From contig MU053594.1 of the NCBI GenBank assembly GCA_013239625.1, positions 2,484,127 to 2,548,126 on the forward strand: 64,000 nucleotides of DNA. The letters run 5' to 3'. Under the pieces are notes generated by a model that searched no databases, was not told the origin of the DNA, and saw only the letters and a list, made by a program, of their open reading frames with translations. This document shows, piece after piece, positions 1-13,239 of this stretch. Within the stretch, counting starts at the first letter, position 1. Every line of letters begins with the position of its first letter. The stretch comes from Lama guanicoe. Its lineage: Eukaryota. Position numbers and translations under genes: made by a program.

Positions 1-1454
1 AGTATACTCTGGAAGCGGGTTCTGGGACGGGACCAGAGACAGATTCTAGAAGGAAATGAGAAATTTCTGTGTCTAGGTTCTTCTAAGGTGTCTGGGTATC
101 ACAGGAGGAGAAGATCCTGGCTCTGATTTGGGCTGGATGTGGCATCATCTGAGCCGTCTACGGAATCACTGCAGGGACAGGCAGGGAGACAGACGGTGGC
201 TGAGAGGGAGTGAATTCATGATGGGGTCCAGCACCACGTGGGGTGAGCAGAGCACTGAGCAGAGGACCTGAAGCAAAGTGGGTATTCCGAAGCTCATCCT
301 TCCTTGGACCAGAAATGAAAATATAAGAAGACAATACATTGGGTAAAATAAAAACTGAGGAGTCCAGCGAACGTGGGTCCAAGTCTAAGCTGCACCGATT
401 TCTACCTGATTCTTAGTTTCTTCATCTGAAAAGTAGGTAATGAGCGTCACCCTCTTAAGGCTATGGAGGGAACGCCAAAGACAGCCGGGGTGACGGAAGG
501 GGACTCAGGCCTAGAAGTCACCTCACTGCCCGACTCATGCCCGTCTTTGGCCGGATGTCAAAGGCCATTTTCACTGCACGCAATTGTTCTTCTGCTTCAC
601 GTAATTTGTTTCCTGTTGCCTATTTCCCTTGCAGACTCCACCTGCAAAATTCTAGTTGAACTAGAAGAAAGGAGATTTCTCTTTCTCAGAATAAAAAAGA
701 GGTTACAGTGTGGTCTTGAGTGGACCCCTCAGGATGAGGGTGGAGTGGAACCCGTTCTGGGGTCTGGAAGACCAGCAAGTCAGAAAGGTAGACAGCGGAG
801 CCCAGAGGGCAGAAGGGGGCCATGGAAACGCTGTGCAGGCTGGTGCCCTCCCATCTTACCACTCATAATATTATATGATCCTTTGTAATTGAGGAAACAT
901 AGGCTTAAAAAAGGAACTCGTTAGGTCAGTAAATTGGTGGCAAATCCTGATCAAAAGGTTCAGACTTTTATTTCCTTCTTCCTGCCATTTGAAGTTGGTG
1001 TTTTCATAAAACAGCCGTCCAAAGAGGGAACTATAACACCCGGTTTGCTATCCAGGACTGCTTATGTCTTTGGATATTTGTGACCGCAGAATGGGAGCAC
1101 TTGAATCTATTTTAATGAAGCGCGACAAGTTGGAGCTGTGACTGTAGCTAGCCTGTCCTGAAGAATGAAGGAGGAAGGCATTGTTGAGTCAGAGTGAAAA
1201 TAAGGTTGCTCACTGTAGCTTCTGCTGTCTTGCTTCATTTGCTCAGAGTGAACCAACTCTTCAAATCTACAAAAGTCACCCAGTGGCTTTATATCTATCA
1301 CATTAGAGCGGGTAGTAATGGAGACAGAAGCATCTAGTTCCCAAGGCTGCTGTTCAGCACTCACCACCACCTGGGGTTACCTGCCTTTGCACAACCCACG
1401 TACATGGTAACAATTATCAAAGGCTACCGTGCTCCGAGGACTGTCGAAACCACC

Positions 1455-1670
1455 AAAGCTGCCATCTGCTGAACACTTACAACTGTGCCAAAGGCTTCTT
1501 ATACCTTATCTAATTTAATTTTCATGACACGTCTCTGGTGGGTATCACTCTCCCCACGTACATGGAAGGAAAGCGAAGTCCAGAGAAGTCCAACCACTTT
1601 CACACAATAGAGTCAGATTCTCAGTCTGTCAGGCTCCAGAACCCAGGTTCTTAACCGTTCTATCACACTG
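1455..1670 (-). mobile_element. MIR SINE remnant
   Basis: Typical MIR segments (gaacacttac...tgtgcca; ttatctaatttaattttcatgaca; gaaggaaagcgaagtccagagaagt). Confidence 0.6.
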
Positions 1671-3572
1671 CTGTTCCGCCCGGGCTGGAGGCTCCAAACG
1701 GAACAAACGGAAATAGCAAGAATTTATTAGCCAGTTGGGAGAGAGATTTAAGACAACAAGCAGTGATAGTGCATACACAGTATTAAATAGCAATTATACT
1801 GACTGAGTACAGACCACGTGCAAAGCCCTTGACAAGCCCTAACCCTAATGATCACCTTGCAAGGCAGGTAGTAATACCCCCTTTTGGCAGCAACAGTAAA
1901 AGACCTTTACGGTCACCATGTAGTTGGCAAACAGAAGAGCTGGGATCAGAGTGCAGACTCTTCCCCACGCCATGCTGCTTGTGTGTTAGATGAGAAATGT
2001 CTGTGAATTAAGTCCTGCAGGTTCCCAGACGGCAGAGTGATCTGACACCTCAGCTCAAGGATGCTGCAGCTTGAGCATGAGCTAGTTCTCAGAGATCCAG
2101 GGCTACTTTACATCGTAAACAATCAGATGGGAACATTTGAAATCCGAATAATAAAGAAGATAAGGGAAGAGGATAAACTCTTAAAAGTTTGAGTATTAAA
2201 ATCCAATACTGAAATGGGCAGGATCGAGCTCTCTACTTTTATTGACAAGGACACTGAGGCCCAGAGAGGAGAAAGGAGTTGCCAGAGACCCCTGACAGTC
2301 AGAAGGAGGGGGCTCAAACAGATGGAGGAAGGAGCCATTTCCCTTTCAGTGTAGAAGAGAAGTCTTAGATGTGTTTTTCAAAGTCTCAGGGAAATCAAAG
2401 AAGCTTTGGGATGCTGTACCGTACAATTTCCAATTGCCTATTCTCTTTGCTTAATACTTCACAAGAAATCCAAATGCAAATCACAGATATGGACGTCATA
2501 ATGTTTACACTTGGTGGTAACTGAAGCGTGCACATAATTGGTGCCACAAAACAGCAGCTGGATATAGAACAAAACAAATCTCTAACTAGCAGTGCTGATG
2601 GAAAGACAGGCAGTTGTTACAGATGGAACTACGCAATGCGCATCTGTTGTGCAGTTAGAGGCCGCTGACCTCTCCAGGAAGATCAAACACTTTCATTTAA
2701 TCTGTGCCATAAACGCACTATGTGGCTCCCATTCACCTTCTGTTCTTCCAGTTTTTTCCATCAGTATGTACTCTTGACATGCTTCTTACAAAGCTTTCCT
2801 TCCAAAAATAATTAAGAAAGATTATTAACCATGACACCCTGGCTGACAATCTGACCTTATCCTGTAGATTCTTGATGTAGAGATTTTAGTATAGGTGCTG
2901 CCGAAGCGAGAACCTTGACACAGAGATTTTAGCAGCTAATTTAAGTGCAAGGATTTAGGGAAATATAGAAAAATCAAATAACCATAAGTAATTATGATTT
3001 GAAAAGCAGACACTGGAGGTTGATGTAAGAAGAATCAGGCCACGTGGAAAGAGTTAGACTTCGGTCTGTATATGTATATTACATATAATTCAAGGCTGAG
3101 ATGATCTAGATAAAGTTCTCACTTGGAATATATCTCCTTAACATTTCCCTCGGTTCAGATCATCTGAAAACAACCAGAAATCACCCCTCATTTTTCCTCA
3201 TGTTTATGTAGGCCAGTGACTCAAAGTTACTTTCACGTCTATTTCCTTAGTGTTCCTCACTACAGCATTTTGATGAATGAGCAGAACAGGATAGTTGTTA
3301 GTGTGTCCAAAAGTCAGTAAATACATTAAACAACAGACCCTGATGACCAGGCTCATTCTTAATTTCCCCCACACTTCATTCCGCTGCACGGTTTTAACTC
3401 CAAACTCAGCTCCATTTCCTACTTAGTAAGTTTAGAATTTTTTTTCCCTCATGCAGCTGTCGCATATTCAGTGATTTTAAATGAATCTTTATGATAGCTC
3501 GAGAAAAACTTGTTTAGAAAGTTCAGTAGCCTGCAAATCGTTCATTGAATGTCAAAATGAAAAACTGCAGCA

Positions 3573-3962
3573 GAAAGATACCACTTGATATCACTTACAT
3601 GTAGAATCAAAAAAAAAAAAAAGAGAGCGAACACAAATGAACTCACTTACAAAACAGAGACAGACTCACAGACACAGAAAACAAACTTGGTTACCAAGGG
3701 GAGAAGGGAGTGGAAAAGGATACATTGGGAGTTCGGGATTTGTAGATACTAACTACTGTATACAAAATACATAAACAACAAGGACCTACTGTACAGCACA
3801 AGGGACTATATTCAATACCTTGTAATGGCCTATCATGAAAAAGAATAGGAAAAGGAATATACATATGTATAAATGAATCACTATGCTGTACACTGGAAAT
3901 TAACAGAACATCATCCACTATACTTCAATAAAAAAAACAGATCGACTATACGTCAATAAAAA
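3573..3962 (+). mobile_element. L1 3' end, lineage-specific
   Basis: cagaaagataccacttgatatcacttacatgtagaatc...gtacagcacaagggactatattcaatacc...actatacttcaataaaa. Confidence 0.9.
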
Positions 3963-4647
3963 TTTGTGGCTATTACGCCTACTGCTTTTTCTTCTTTTTA
4001 ATTTTACTATAGATAACTGACAGTTCACCGAATTTTGTGATGTTATTAAAAATTTTCAATCATTAGTTTTTACGGAATGTTGTTGAAATAGTGTAATTGA
4101 AAACAATGCAGCATAGACTGATGTCAAAAGCCTGACTATATATCTTTTGGTACTAAATGTTGGTGAGTGTCTCAAATTTTAAATGTTCTGGTAGAAGATG
4201 TAGTAGTCTGGTAAAGAATAACACAGAAAAATTTGAAAAAGAAAGAGAAAAATGATTTAAAAACAGATATCCATGTTAATAGTTGTGAAACCACAGGATT
4301 ATGGCTAAAATGTGCATAATTAAAAAAATTAAAAAAAAATTTTTTTTAATTAAAAAAAAACTTAATTAAAAAAAATTTTTAGAAGTGGTTTTAAGTCCAG
4401 TCTTTGGTGAAAGTCTCTTTGGATGCAGGAGATTTTTGTCTTTTACTTTCTACTGCACAAATGTGAAAAACATTTCATAGCATCAAAAACAGATGTTCAC
4501 GTGGGAAATTGTGGTAAAGATGGATCAATATAACCTGGGTAAACTTATGGATGTGCTGTCACAAAGGGCAGAGCAGCAACCTGGGCATCAGACAGGTGCT
4601 TCCTAAAGAAAGCTTCTCCAGGGGCGTGCAGTTTTCATAACATCTCT

Positions 4648-5115
4648 GTATTACTTTCTCAGGGCAGCTGGAACAAATTACCACAACCTGGGTGGCTTAA
4701 AAGACCAAAATTTATTCTTTCATAGTTCTAGAGGCCAGAAGTCCAAATCGAGGTCTTGGCAAGTCCATGGCCCAATGGAGCCTTGAGGGGAAAGTCCACT
4801 TTTTGCCTCTTCCAGCTTTTGGTGGCTGGCTGCCTGCCTGCCTGCCTTGATTTGCGGTCACATGGCCCCAACTCTGCCTCCGTGGTCACATGGCCTCTTC
4901 CTCTCTTGTATGCCCTCTCACTTGTCTGTGTGTCTCTCTCAAAACTCCCTCTTTTAAGGACACGTGTGATTGCATTTAGGGCTCACCTCTTCCAGGGTCA
5001 GCGCCTCCTCTCAAGATCCTTAACATAACCGATACTTTGCCTGTAAGTCAGCATACACAGGTTCCAGGGCTTTGACGTGGGACCTTTGGGGGTCCATTTT
5101 TTTTCCCCTAGCACA
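4648..5115 (-). mobile_element. MaLR LTR (MLT1 family)
   Basis: aacaaattaccacaacctgggtggcttaaa...ttctagaggccagaagtccaaatcgagg, MLT1 hallmarks. Confidence 0.8.
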
Positions 5116-5753
5116 CTATGTGTAGTAAAACCGTGTGGAGGGGCCTCCAATCTCCTCAAGTTAGCCTTTGACTGGTTCTCCCCCATGTTGTCAGTAGCCA
5201 GTTTTGCATGTGTCTAAGGATGGCTTTCCTAGCAGAACTTCTCCAAGAGATCAGACTCATGGTCACATAGTGAAGTGATATTAAAAAGAGGTCATGTCAG
5301 TGTCACCCATGCAATTAGAACCTCATCAATGTGGCCAGTCATGTGAGTATCTGCGATTCCTGCTCTTTAGGGGCTGGCGTTTGCAGCAGGGACAGAAAAA
5401 GTCCTCAAGAGTCAAAGGCTAATTAATACGGTACGTTTCTTGGGATATTATATCCCATAATAGTGGTTGAGATGAAACATCAGCAAGTAGATAGTAAAAC
5501 CGATTCATGGAGAATACCTACAGTCCAAATAACCACATTTGGTTGGGGACTATATGCATTTAATCACCCAAATGTAGAAGGTCTTTGAAATGAGGATACT
5601 GGCAGTGAGACATTGAGTAATACATGAGATCATGACATTAAAGCTTTTCATACTGCCTGTGTACCATATGGCTGAAAGCAGCTCCTAGTTAGAGCTGGTT
5701 TGCACCTTTCCAGATCTTTCTATATGATATGTTTTGTTATACTTTGGTTTACA

Positions 5754-5846
5754 TTTTTTTTTCTTTTTAGTGGAGGCACTGGGGATTGAACCTAGGACCT
5801 CATGCATGCTAAGCATACACTCTACCACTGAGCTATACCCTCCCCC
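5754..5846 (-). mobile_element. tRNA-Ala-derived SINE (vic-1 type)
   Basis: Reverse complement GGGGAGGGTATAGCTCAGTGGTAGAGTGTATGCTTAGCATGCATGAGGTCCTAGGTTCAATCCCCAGTGCCTCCA plus A tail; Pol III A/B boxes, AGC anticodon loop. Confidence 0.9.
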
Positions 5847-5868
5847 GTTGATTGCCTTTGTTTGCATG

Positions 5869-6213
5869 TGCTGTGGTCTTAATGTTTTGTCCTCCCAAAA
5901 ATACATGTCAAAATCCTAAGGCCCAGTGTGATTGTATTACGGGCCTTTGGGAGATGATTAGGTTATAAGGGTGGAGCCCTCATGAATGGGATTATGTTTT
6001 TATAAAAGGGCCCAGAGAGCTCCCTAGGCCCTCCCACCACGTGAGGATACAGGGAGACGTCTGCAACCTGGAAAAGGGCCTTCAGAACCTGACCATGCTG
6101 GCAACTTGAACTTGGACCTTTAGCCTCCGGAACTGTGAGAAATTAATGTTTGCTGTTTATAAGCTACCCAGTCCACAGTACTTTGTGACGGCAGTCCAAA
6201 TGAATGAAGGCAG
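5869..6213 (+). mobile_element. MaLR LTR (MLT1A/B-like)
   Basis: tgctgtggtcttaatgtt...gggcctttgggagatgattagg...ggtggagccctcatgaatgggatt...aactgtgagaaat. Confidence 0.85.
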
Positions 6214-7495
6214 CCCAAATCAGTCTGCTTTCCTCCAGTGCACATCCGTCTTTCCCTTTAGAAGGGGTAATGGAATTAGGAGTCAGAGGACCTGCCACTG
6301 CTGACTACCACTTGCCAACAATCACTTCTCTCCTTTTGTTCTCAACTTCTTCATCTGTAAAATGGAAAGCCATGTAAATATCGATCTCACAGGGCTAGCG
6401 TTTCAATCAAATGAGGCAACACATAAGGAAGTCCACTTTAAACTGCACTTGTGTAAGTAGTCTTCCCATCACACCATCACAGGGGCTGTGTTGCCTGGAC
6501 TTCTGTCTTCAGCACTCAGTGGAGCGCTTGGTTACATGGTCTTGTGTTTTTCAAATGTGTAAGTGTGTTTCCTTTCCACCAGTTTATTCAGTGTTTAATG
6601 GCACAGACCATGGATCACACGTTACCCACTTTTGTATAGTATTTGCAGTGCCACTGGGCCAGCAGCAATGCTCAGCAAATTCTTAACTGGGTAGAGATAA
6701 GAATCTTGGCTAGTGTGGGGTTTTGACAGTTGCTCTTTGCTCCACGGTAAAGAGCTCATACTAAGATGTGCAAAGAAATCACCCAAAGAGCTTGCTAAAA
6801 ATGACCGTTCCCTGACCCCAGCACAATAACTCCATGTTAGCAGGGACGGGAATCTGCATTTGAAAATAAATCAACTAATATGACTTATTATTAGTTATGT
6901 TTATATTGTTATATCTTTTAAAAAGTAAAAGCATTAAAAACTGAGAAAACATATTCTTTGATAGTCACAGATCTTAAGCAAGAAATCATGTTAGGTGTTA
7001 CAAATATATTTACATATATTTACATCCACTTTTTGTCTTGTTATGTAATTCCATCTGGCAGAGGGCCTTATCATTATGCATGTGTGTTGATGGAGATGCC
7101 AAGGAGACAGTTATATTGTCACTCACAGGGGGAAGGTGCACTGTCTGCTCCTTGCCTGTGGCATTATCCTCATTGTCTTTTGTCTTCCCAGCTAGCAGTG
7201 TGTCTGAAACTTCTGTCAACTTCCACAGTTCTAGCTGCAGTTGTGGACAAGCAATCCACGTTACATCTATGCCGCTGTGGTTCATGGAGAGCAGATTCTG
7301 AATTCTCTCTGTTTCTCCGTGTCTATCTCTCTCCCTTTCTCTCAAGATCCAGATTGGTATAGATGTTGTAGCTCACACCCCAGATGCTTTTGAGCAGGCA
7401 CTAGGGGAAACACTGCACTAGGAACGGACAAGGAGCCAGTCACTCTGATTTTTATCAGCTGAGCTCTTTTTGGTGAACTGGAAGAGAGGAGGTGG

Positions 7496-7623
7496 CTATA
7501 TATAAAAATAGATAAAAAGCAAATTTCCTCTGTATAGCACAGGGAACTATATTCAATATCTTGTAATAATATTTAATGAAAGAGAATATGAAAACAAATA
7601 TATATACATACATTCAGAATGCA

Positions 7624-7656
<33 letters not shown>

Positions 7657-7736
7657 ATATATGCATGACTGGGACATTATGATGCACACCAGAAATTGAC
7701 ACATTGTAACTGACCATATTTCAATTGAAAAAAAAA
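7496..7736 (+). mobile_element. L1 3' tail with internal (TG)n
   Basis: ctgtatagcacagggaactatattcaatatcttg...cagaaattgacacattgtaactgac plus A tail. Confidence 0.9.
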
Positions 7737-8635
7737 GACAGAAGAGGTGGTTTAAAAGATAGGAAGACAACAAAAATATGCAAATGATAGGTGTTCTTGG
7801 AGGAAATTGAATCTGGAGTTGGTTCACCTGACACACGTCCCAGGAGTTTTATTTTGGAGCGGTGCTGAACATGATGCTGACAATCTGAGCAGAACACACT
7901 GGGACAGTCAGATCCCACTGTGTATGAGCCCCTGTGCTAAGTGCTGGATGTGGTCACCTCACTTATTCCCGGTCATCTGCTCTGCGGTCCTGTCCCCAGC
8001 AATGTCCAGCAGATGCCTGACATTCCTGCCGTTCTGTTGTACCTACTGCGGTAAGTGATTATATACCTATCTTGCTAGTCTACTGCTATTTCTATTCAAG
8101 AATCATTTTTGGAAATCTGGCTGTCACTACTTACACATTTTCGGCATGGAGTGGAACTATTTGTGAAGAAAAGGATGGCAGATAGCGATTTCAGACTTAA
8201 GACATATCCTACTAGGATTTTTAAAATCTGATTTTGCATGTTATAGAAACATTTTTCCAAGTTGTCTCTCTTAGATTTAGAATAACATGTGGACGAAGGT
8301 CGGCATTATTCCCACCAACCGAGCACTTGTTAATTCACGACTGGAAGAAATGAAAAAGTCAGGGATGCGTCAATCTTTCATGACCTCTAGCTGAAGCTGC
8401 CAGCCAGTAAATTCACAGAGCTCTTGAATTCCGTGCTTGCAGATTGACAGGTGTGCCAAACATTAGTAACAGTGGTTATACAGTGTGTGGCAGTTAAAGG
8501 GGGGCTTTGCTATGGAGAATATCAGACTCAAGAGGTGAGAGATCGGTGGGAGGATAAATGGAAAGGAGAGACGACTAAGTATAATAGAGGACTTAAATCC
8601 CCAAAGACTTCAGAATGCACTCAACTGAGACTTAC

Positions 8636-8745
8636 ATTAAATCTTGAGTTACTTGTCTGCCTGGATCGTTTTTCTGCCAGTAGATCTTTGACTGTGTGCT
8701 TCACTCTCACGCCTTGATACACTCGTTTGCTGTAGTCTCCTGGGA
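8636..8745 (-). CDS. POU2AF2: POU2AF2 exon 2, encoding the OCA-B-like POU-binding peptide
   Basis: Acceptor tttcatttgcttaag|, 110 nt, donor |GTAAGT (8635-8630). Translates (V)PGDYSKRVYQGVRVKHTVKDLLAEKRSRQTSNSRFN. The YQGVRVK..VK.LL motif is diagnostic of POU2AF1/2/3, and the flanking residues match POU2AF2 as I recall it. Confidence 0.95.
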
Positions 8746-10219
8746 CTTAAGCAAATGAAATGGTAACAATCAAATGTGGATGGCGTAATTAGGTTAATCT
8801 CTCCAGGGACTGATGCAAGGGCTAATCACAATGATGATATTTTCTTGTTAGAATGACAGACTTGAATTTGAAGTGGCTTCAGCAGAGGTCATTTAGTCTT
8901 ATCTCCTGGTCTTTGAGGGAGACTGATCCAAGTTTGGCTTAAGAGAAAGAAACACTTTTTCATCTTTTACACAACAGCTCCTCAAAGTGTCCTCTTTTTT
9001 GCACTCTTGATTTGCTAAGATTTACTCCAGAAACATTTATAATTTATGCTTTAATTGCAAGATCAGGAATTGACTGCAACTTGAAATAATCCTTAGGCCA
9101 CGTTGCAAAAGTTAGATTTGCATGATTCATGTTACAGAGTGACATATTCCTGCTGCATCATATTCAACCTGATGTTGGGTGAGCAGGTCAACTGTACTGT
9201 TTTAAGAAGGTACTGTCCTAAAGGAGAAAGTTGTTACCTATTCATAGCACTAAATTAAGTATTTTTTAATTTTTGAAAATCCATTGATTCAACATGAGTT
9301 ACTGATGTGAAACTAGGCTAAGGATAAGGGAAGAGTTATTCCTTCATTTTAACAAACATTTGTTGAGCACTTACTACATGTACTTACTGAAGATATTATC
9401 GTGCTTGGTAACTTACATGAATTACTCCATGTGATCCATTTTACAGATGAAGAAACTGAGGTCTGAGGCTAAGTTATTCGTCTCATAGCTGTTAATAAGC
9501 AATTGAACTGGGATCCAGATTTAGGTCAGATTGTAGCTCTAATAACCATAGAAATCTACTCTTTTCACCATGAGGAAATTACAGAAATAATGGACTATAG
9601 AGAAATATATTTCCCCAAGGTTCTGAAATTGGCAACACTGCCTCTAAGGATTGTGAATCTAGGATTGACTAATGAGTCAAATCTCATTACAAAAAGAATA
9701 AAAGGAAGAAAGGAAGAAACCCAAACCAAAATCAGAGGTAGAGAGTTGCACGGGATGACAGAAGCTGCTGGATTAGCCACTGACTTGGGAAAATCACAGT
9801 CTCTTGGCCCTGCTTTCTTCATCTGTGAAGTGGGTATAATAATCTCTCTGAACCTGACGGCAGGATTTTATAAAATATGCATATGAAAATGCTTTGAAAA
9901 CTATCAAGTTAAATACAAAATGCCTGTACAAAATGAAGGGGAAAAAAAATCTAGGTTTCAAGACAATTTATTATTTAATTCAAATAAAGCTACATGTAAC
10001 CTGAAAGTTATTTGACTGGTCCTTTGGGTCTAGTTTTGACGAGATTTTGTCCATCTATTTTTTTAATTAAAGCATGAAGAATTTCTTTCAAATCAGCCTC
10101 AAATTTAAAGCTTAATGATCTTATGTTTGTTCCAAAGGAATCCAAGCATTGCTCTTAGAATTGTGTGTGATGCTTTATTGTTTTGGGAAAAGTCTAAGGC
10201 TACATTTATTCCTCAATAA

Positions 10220-11960
10220 TTTAGTGAGTATTTTTTTTTTTTATGTGTCAGGCATGGTGTCAGAGCTGAGGATACAAAAGAACATGCTATTTGGTGGGAG
10301 GAGAGAAATACTTAAAATAATCATAATGCAAAAGTGCTAAGTCCAATCACAGAAATATGCCTGAACAGAGTATCTGGAAAAACACAGAATGTGTCAATTC
10401 CTTGTGAGGGTTGAGAGGGAGTTAGGGAAGGCAAGGTGATAGTGGAGGTAAGAGGTACGTGTGATGGTAAATAGGCAAGAACATTCCAGATATAGAGGCA
10501 GCATGGGCAAAGAGCTGGAGTTAAGAACAGAAAGAGACAGAAAATGAGGCTGGGAAGGAAATTAATAGGACTCAGTCAGGAAGCTTCTTGTGGGTCAAGG
10601 AGTCTGGACTTCATCTGTTGGCAGTAAGCCAGGAGGCTTCTAAGCATGGGAGTAGTGTAGTTGTATTTGTATTTTAGAGAGACTTTTCTGGCAGCTGTGT
10701 GAAGGATGGATTTAAGAATCACGAAAGAAAGAGAGAGAAAAATACCATATGATGTCACTCATACGTGGAATCTAAAAAAAGAAAAAAGAAGATGCTAATG
10801 AACTCATCTACAGAACAGGAGCAGGCTTACAGACACAGTAAACAAGCTTATGGTTACTGGGGCAAAAGGGATTGGGAATTGATAAATTGGGCGTTTGAGA
10901 TTTTGCAAATATTAACTACTATATATAAAATAGATAAACAACAAATTTCTTCTGTATAGCACAGGGAACTATATTCAATACCTTGTAGTGACCTATACTG
11001 AAAAAGAATATGAAAATGAATCTATGTATGAAACATTATGCTGTACACCAGAAATTGTAACTGACTATACTTCAATTAAAAAAAATCAAGAAGCCACAGG
11101 GAGAACGGTAAGGAGGATTCTAGGATAATCCAGGCAAGAGGTCTTAGTGGTCGATCAGACGGCAAGGAGACAGTAGATCTGGAAATTATTTAGATGTAGG
11201 AGGGAAAGGAGAAGGAAGATTCAAGGGTGATTCTTGGGCTTCCATCATTGGTCTGTATACATAAGTTTCATATATAAGTTGCATACATAAGTTTCAGAGC
11301 CATTGTAATTAAAAAAAGAAATATTGATTGATTGATTGATTGATTGATTGAGTTATAGTCGTAATATTGATGTTAATGAAACCAGGAAAGAGAATGAGCT
11401 CTCTTGGCGGAGTGTTTGAAATGCAGAGTCGTAAAATGGTGCACAGAGAAACCATACGTATCTGGCACATTGGAATCAATGGGCCAGGCGACTCCCAATG
11501 GCTGAGAGGGTCAATATCTTGGGAACTCCAACAATGCTGGTTCCTGACACACTGGATGGGAAGTTCTGGGCTAAACGGCTAAAGATGCAAGCCTGGGGAA
11601 TATCCACATTTGAAGGGTTGTCAGAGGAGGAGAATCCTAATGAAGAAGAAATGGTTGGAGAAAAAACAGAATAAGACAGGGGAATAAAGCATCACAGAAT
11701 TTGGGTGAAGGGATTTCAAGAAAGAAGGAGAAAGTATGAGGTCCAGTAGAATTGTCCAGGAAGATAAGGAAGCAGAGCATCCATTGCTTTCAGTTCAGTG
11801 ATTGGTGCCGACTTAGCAAGGGCAAGTTTGGAAGCAGGGGGTAGCTGGAAGCCAGGTAATAATGTCAAGGGTGAGGGTAGAAACAAGGAGGGGGACTACT
11901 TCCTAATGAAGTCCGAATGAGAAAGGGAAGCTGAAGACTGGAATGATAATTGGAGAAAAC
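10220..11960 (-). mobile_element. L2 fragments, interrupted by a younger L1 at 10722-11085
   Basis: L2-type text (ttttagagagacttttctggcagctgtgtgaaggatggattt; ggataatccaggcaagagg). Confidence 0.6.
10722..11085 (+). mobile_element. L1 3' end
   Basis: gaaagaaagagagagaaaaataccatatgatgtcactcatacgtggaatct...gactatacttcaattaaaaaaa; approximate TSD aatca(c/a)gaa. Confidence 0.9.
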
Positions 11961-12207
11961 AGCAGGGTCAAGGAGGGTTTGCTTATGTTTTTATGTCTAC
12001 TTAATGAATTCATGGGTAGGGGATACTTGAGGGCATCTGAACCCCAAGAGGGAGGGGCTAAAGAACTAGGAAAGAGGGAGAAAATGATGGAAGGAGATCT
12101 TGAAGAGGAAGTGAGAAATTGGGGTCAAAGTCACAAGTTGGCTCTGAGACCCTCAGCCTGGAATAAAGAAGGGCAGGGAAGGGGTGGTGCCCAGGTGGCA
12201 TGGTCAG

Positions 12208-12292
12208 TGACTCAGACGTCTTTAGTGCCCATCCAGTGGCCCGGAGTAGGAGAATGACTCAAGCACTAAAAGTCAGAACAAGGCATGAGTCA
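12208..12292. promoter_or_regulatory. AP-1 motif cluster in POU2AF2 intron 1
   Basis: TGACTCA 12208-12214, TGACTCA 12255-12261, TGAGTCA 12286-12292. Confidence 0.45.
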
Positions 12293-12325
12293 AAGCCAGA
12301 TAGAAGTCAGAGTGAGACTATGCAC

Positions 12326-12515
12326 CAGCATCCTCAGTGTGTGAACTCCAGACCAGGAGCAACAGCATTGGCTGGAAACATGTTTAAACAATGCAGATTC
12401 TTGTGTCCTGCTTCAGATGTACTGAATCAGAAACTCAGGGTGGGTAGGCGCAGCAGTCATGTTTTGACAGACCCTTCAGTTGATTCTGACAGTCTCTGAA
12501 GTTTGAGAACCACAG
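12326..12515. mobile_element. MER5A-like hAT MITE
   Basis: aatgcagattcttg...tactgaatcagaaactc...gattctga...aagtttgagaaccac. Confidence 0.8.
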
Positions 12516-13239
12516 ATATTCATAAGAGTAAGGATTTTATAAATTTCCTCATGGAGGTGGAGGTCAGCTCTAACCTAGGCATTCCTAGCTGAGCAAAATG
12601 GGGAACATCTGACTTAGGTCTGAGGAGTTCGGGGGCAAGTTGAAGAGGTCCAGGTTGATCCTTTGTGTGTTTGCAGACAGTCTTGGTTTCAGTTTTCCCA
12701 AGGGCTTTTTAATTGATGATTTCAGTCTGAATTATCTATTTATGCTTTACGTGTATGCCAAAAAGCCTAGAGGAAATACACTTATTCTACATAAGTTTAA
12801 CAAATAACCATGTGTGATTAATAGAGGAATAAAGTTCATGGGATAGCAAACAGGTAGGTCAAAACTTCTGAAGTTTTGCCATAAAACCATCAGTCTTATG
12901 TACATTGGCATTGACTTTAGTGCAAAGTCTGGGGTTCTATGCCACAGGGATGCAAAATAAGTTTAGAACATGTAACAGATGTCCTCAAAGACAGCCTGTT
13001 TTAGTGAGAGAACCAAGACATTCACATGTGAAGGAGTAGGGGCTGGGGGAAGAGTATACTTGGTTTGTTGATGAAAACTTTGTGGGAAAGGTTGGGACTT
13101 AGGCTGAATTTAAATGGATGTGGAGGTTAGGAGGAGGGAGAAAGGCCTTGTAGGCATTAGGCATGGCAGAAGACAAAGTAGAGGTGGGAAAGAACAAGGT
13201 GTGTGTAGAAGGGGTAAGGAATGGAGGGTAATTGGAGTT

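Noticed and set aside
1216..2557. Phase-compatible minus-strand pseudo-exons near 2421-2557 and 1216-1267
   Set aside because: Weak donor (GTACAG), wrong phase to follow exon 2, and the peptide is unlike POU2AF2.
4315..4382. Almost pure A/T tract with imperfect palindromes
   Set aside because: Low-complexity poly(A)/poly(T) decay; no evidence of function.
5754..5846. tRNA-Ala-like sequences (also 34573 and 44319)
   Set aside because: A-rich tails, TSDs on two copies and broken stems show they are SINEs, not tRNA genes.
7010..7345. 111-aa minus-strand ORF with overlapping plus-strand ORFs, in POU2AF2 intron 2
   Set aside because: Starts in a CT-rich tract, has no good acceptor, and does not resemble the expected next POU2AF2 exon or any protein I recognise.
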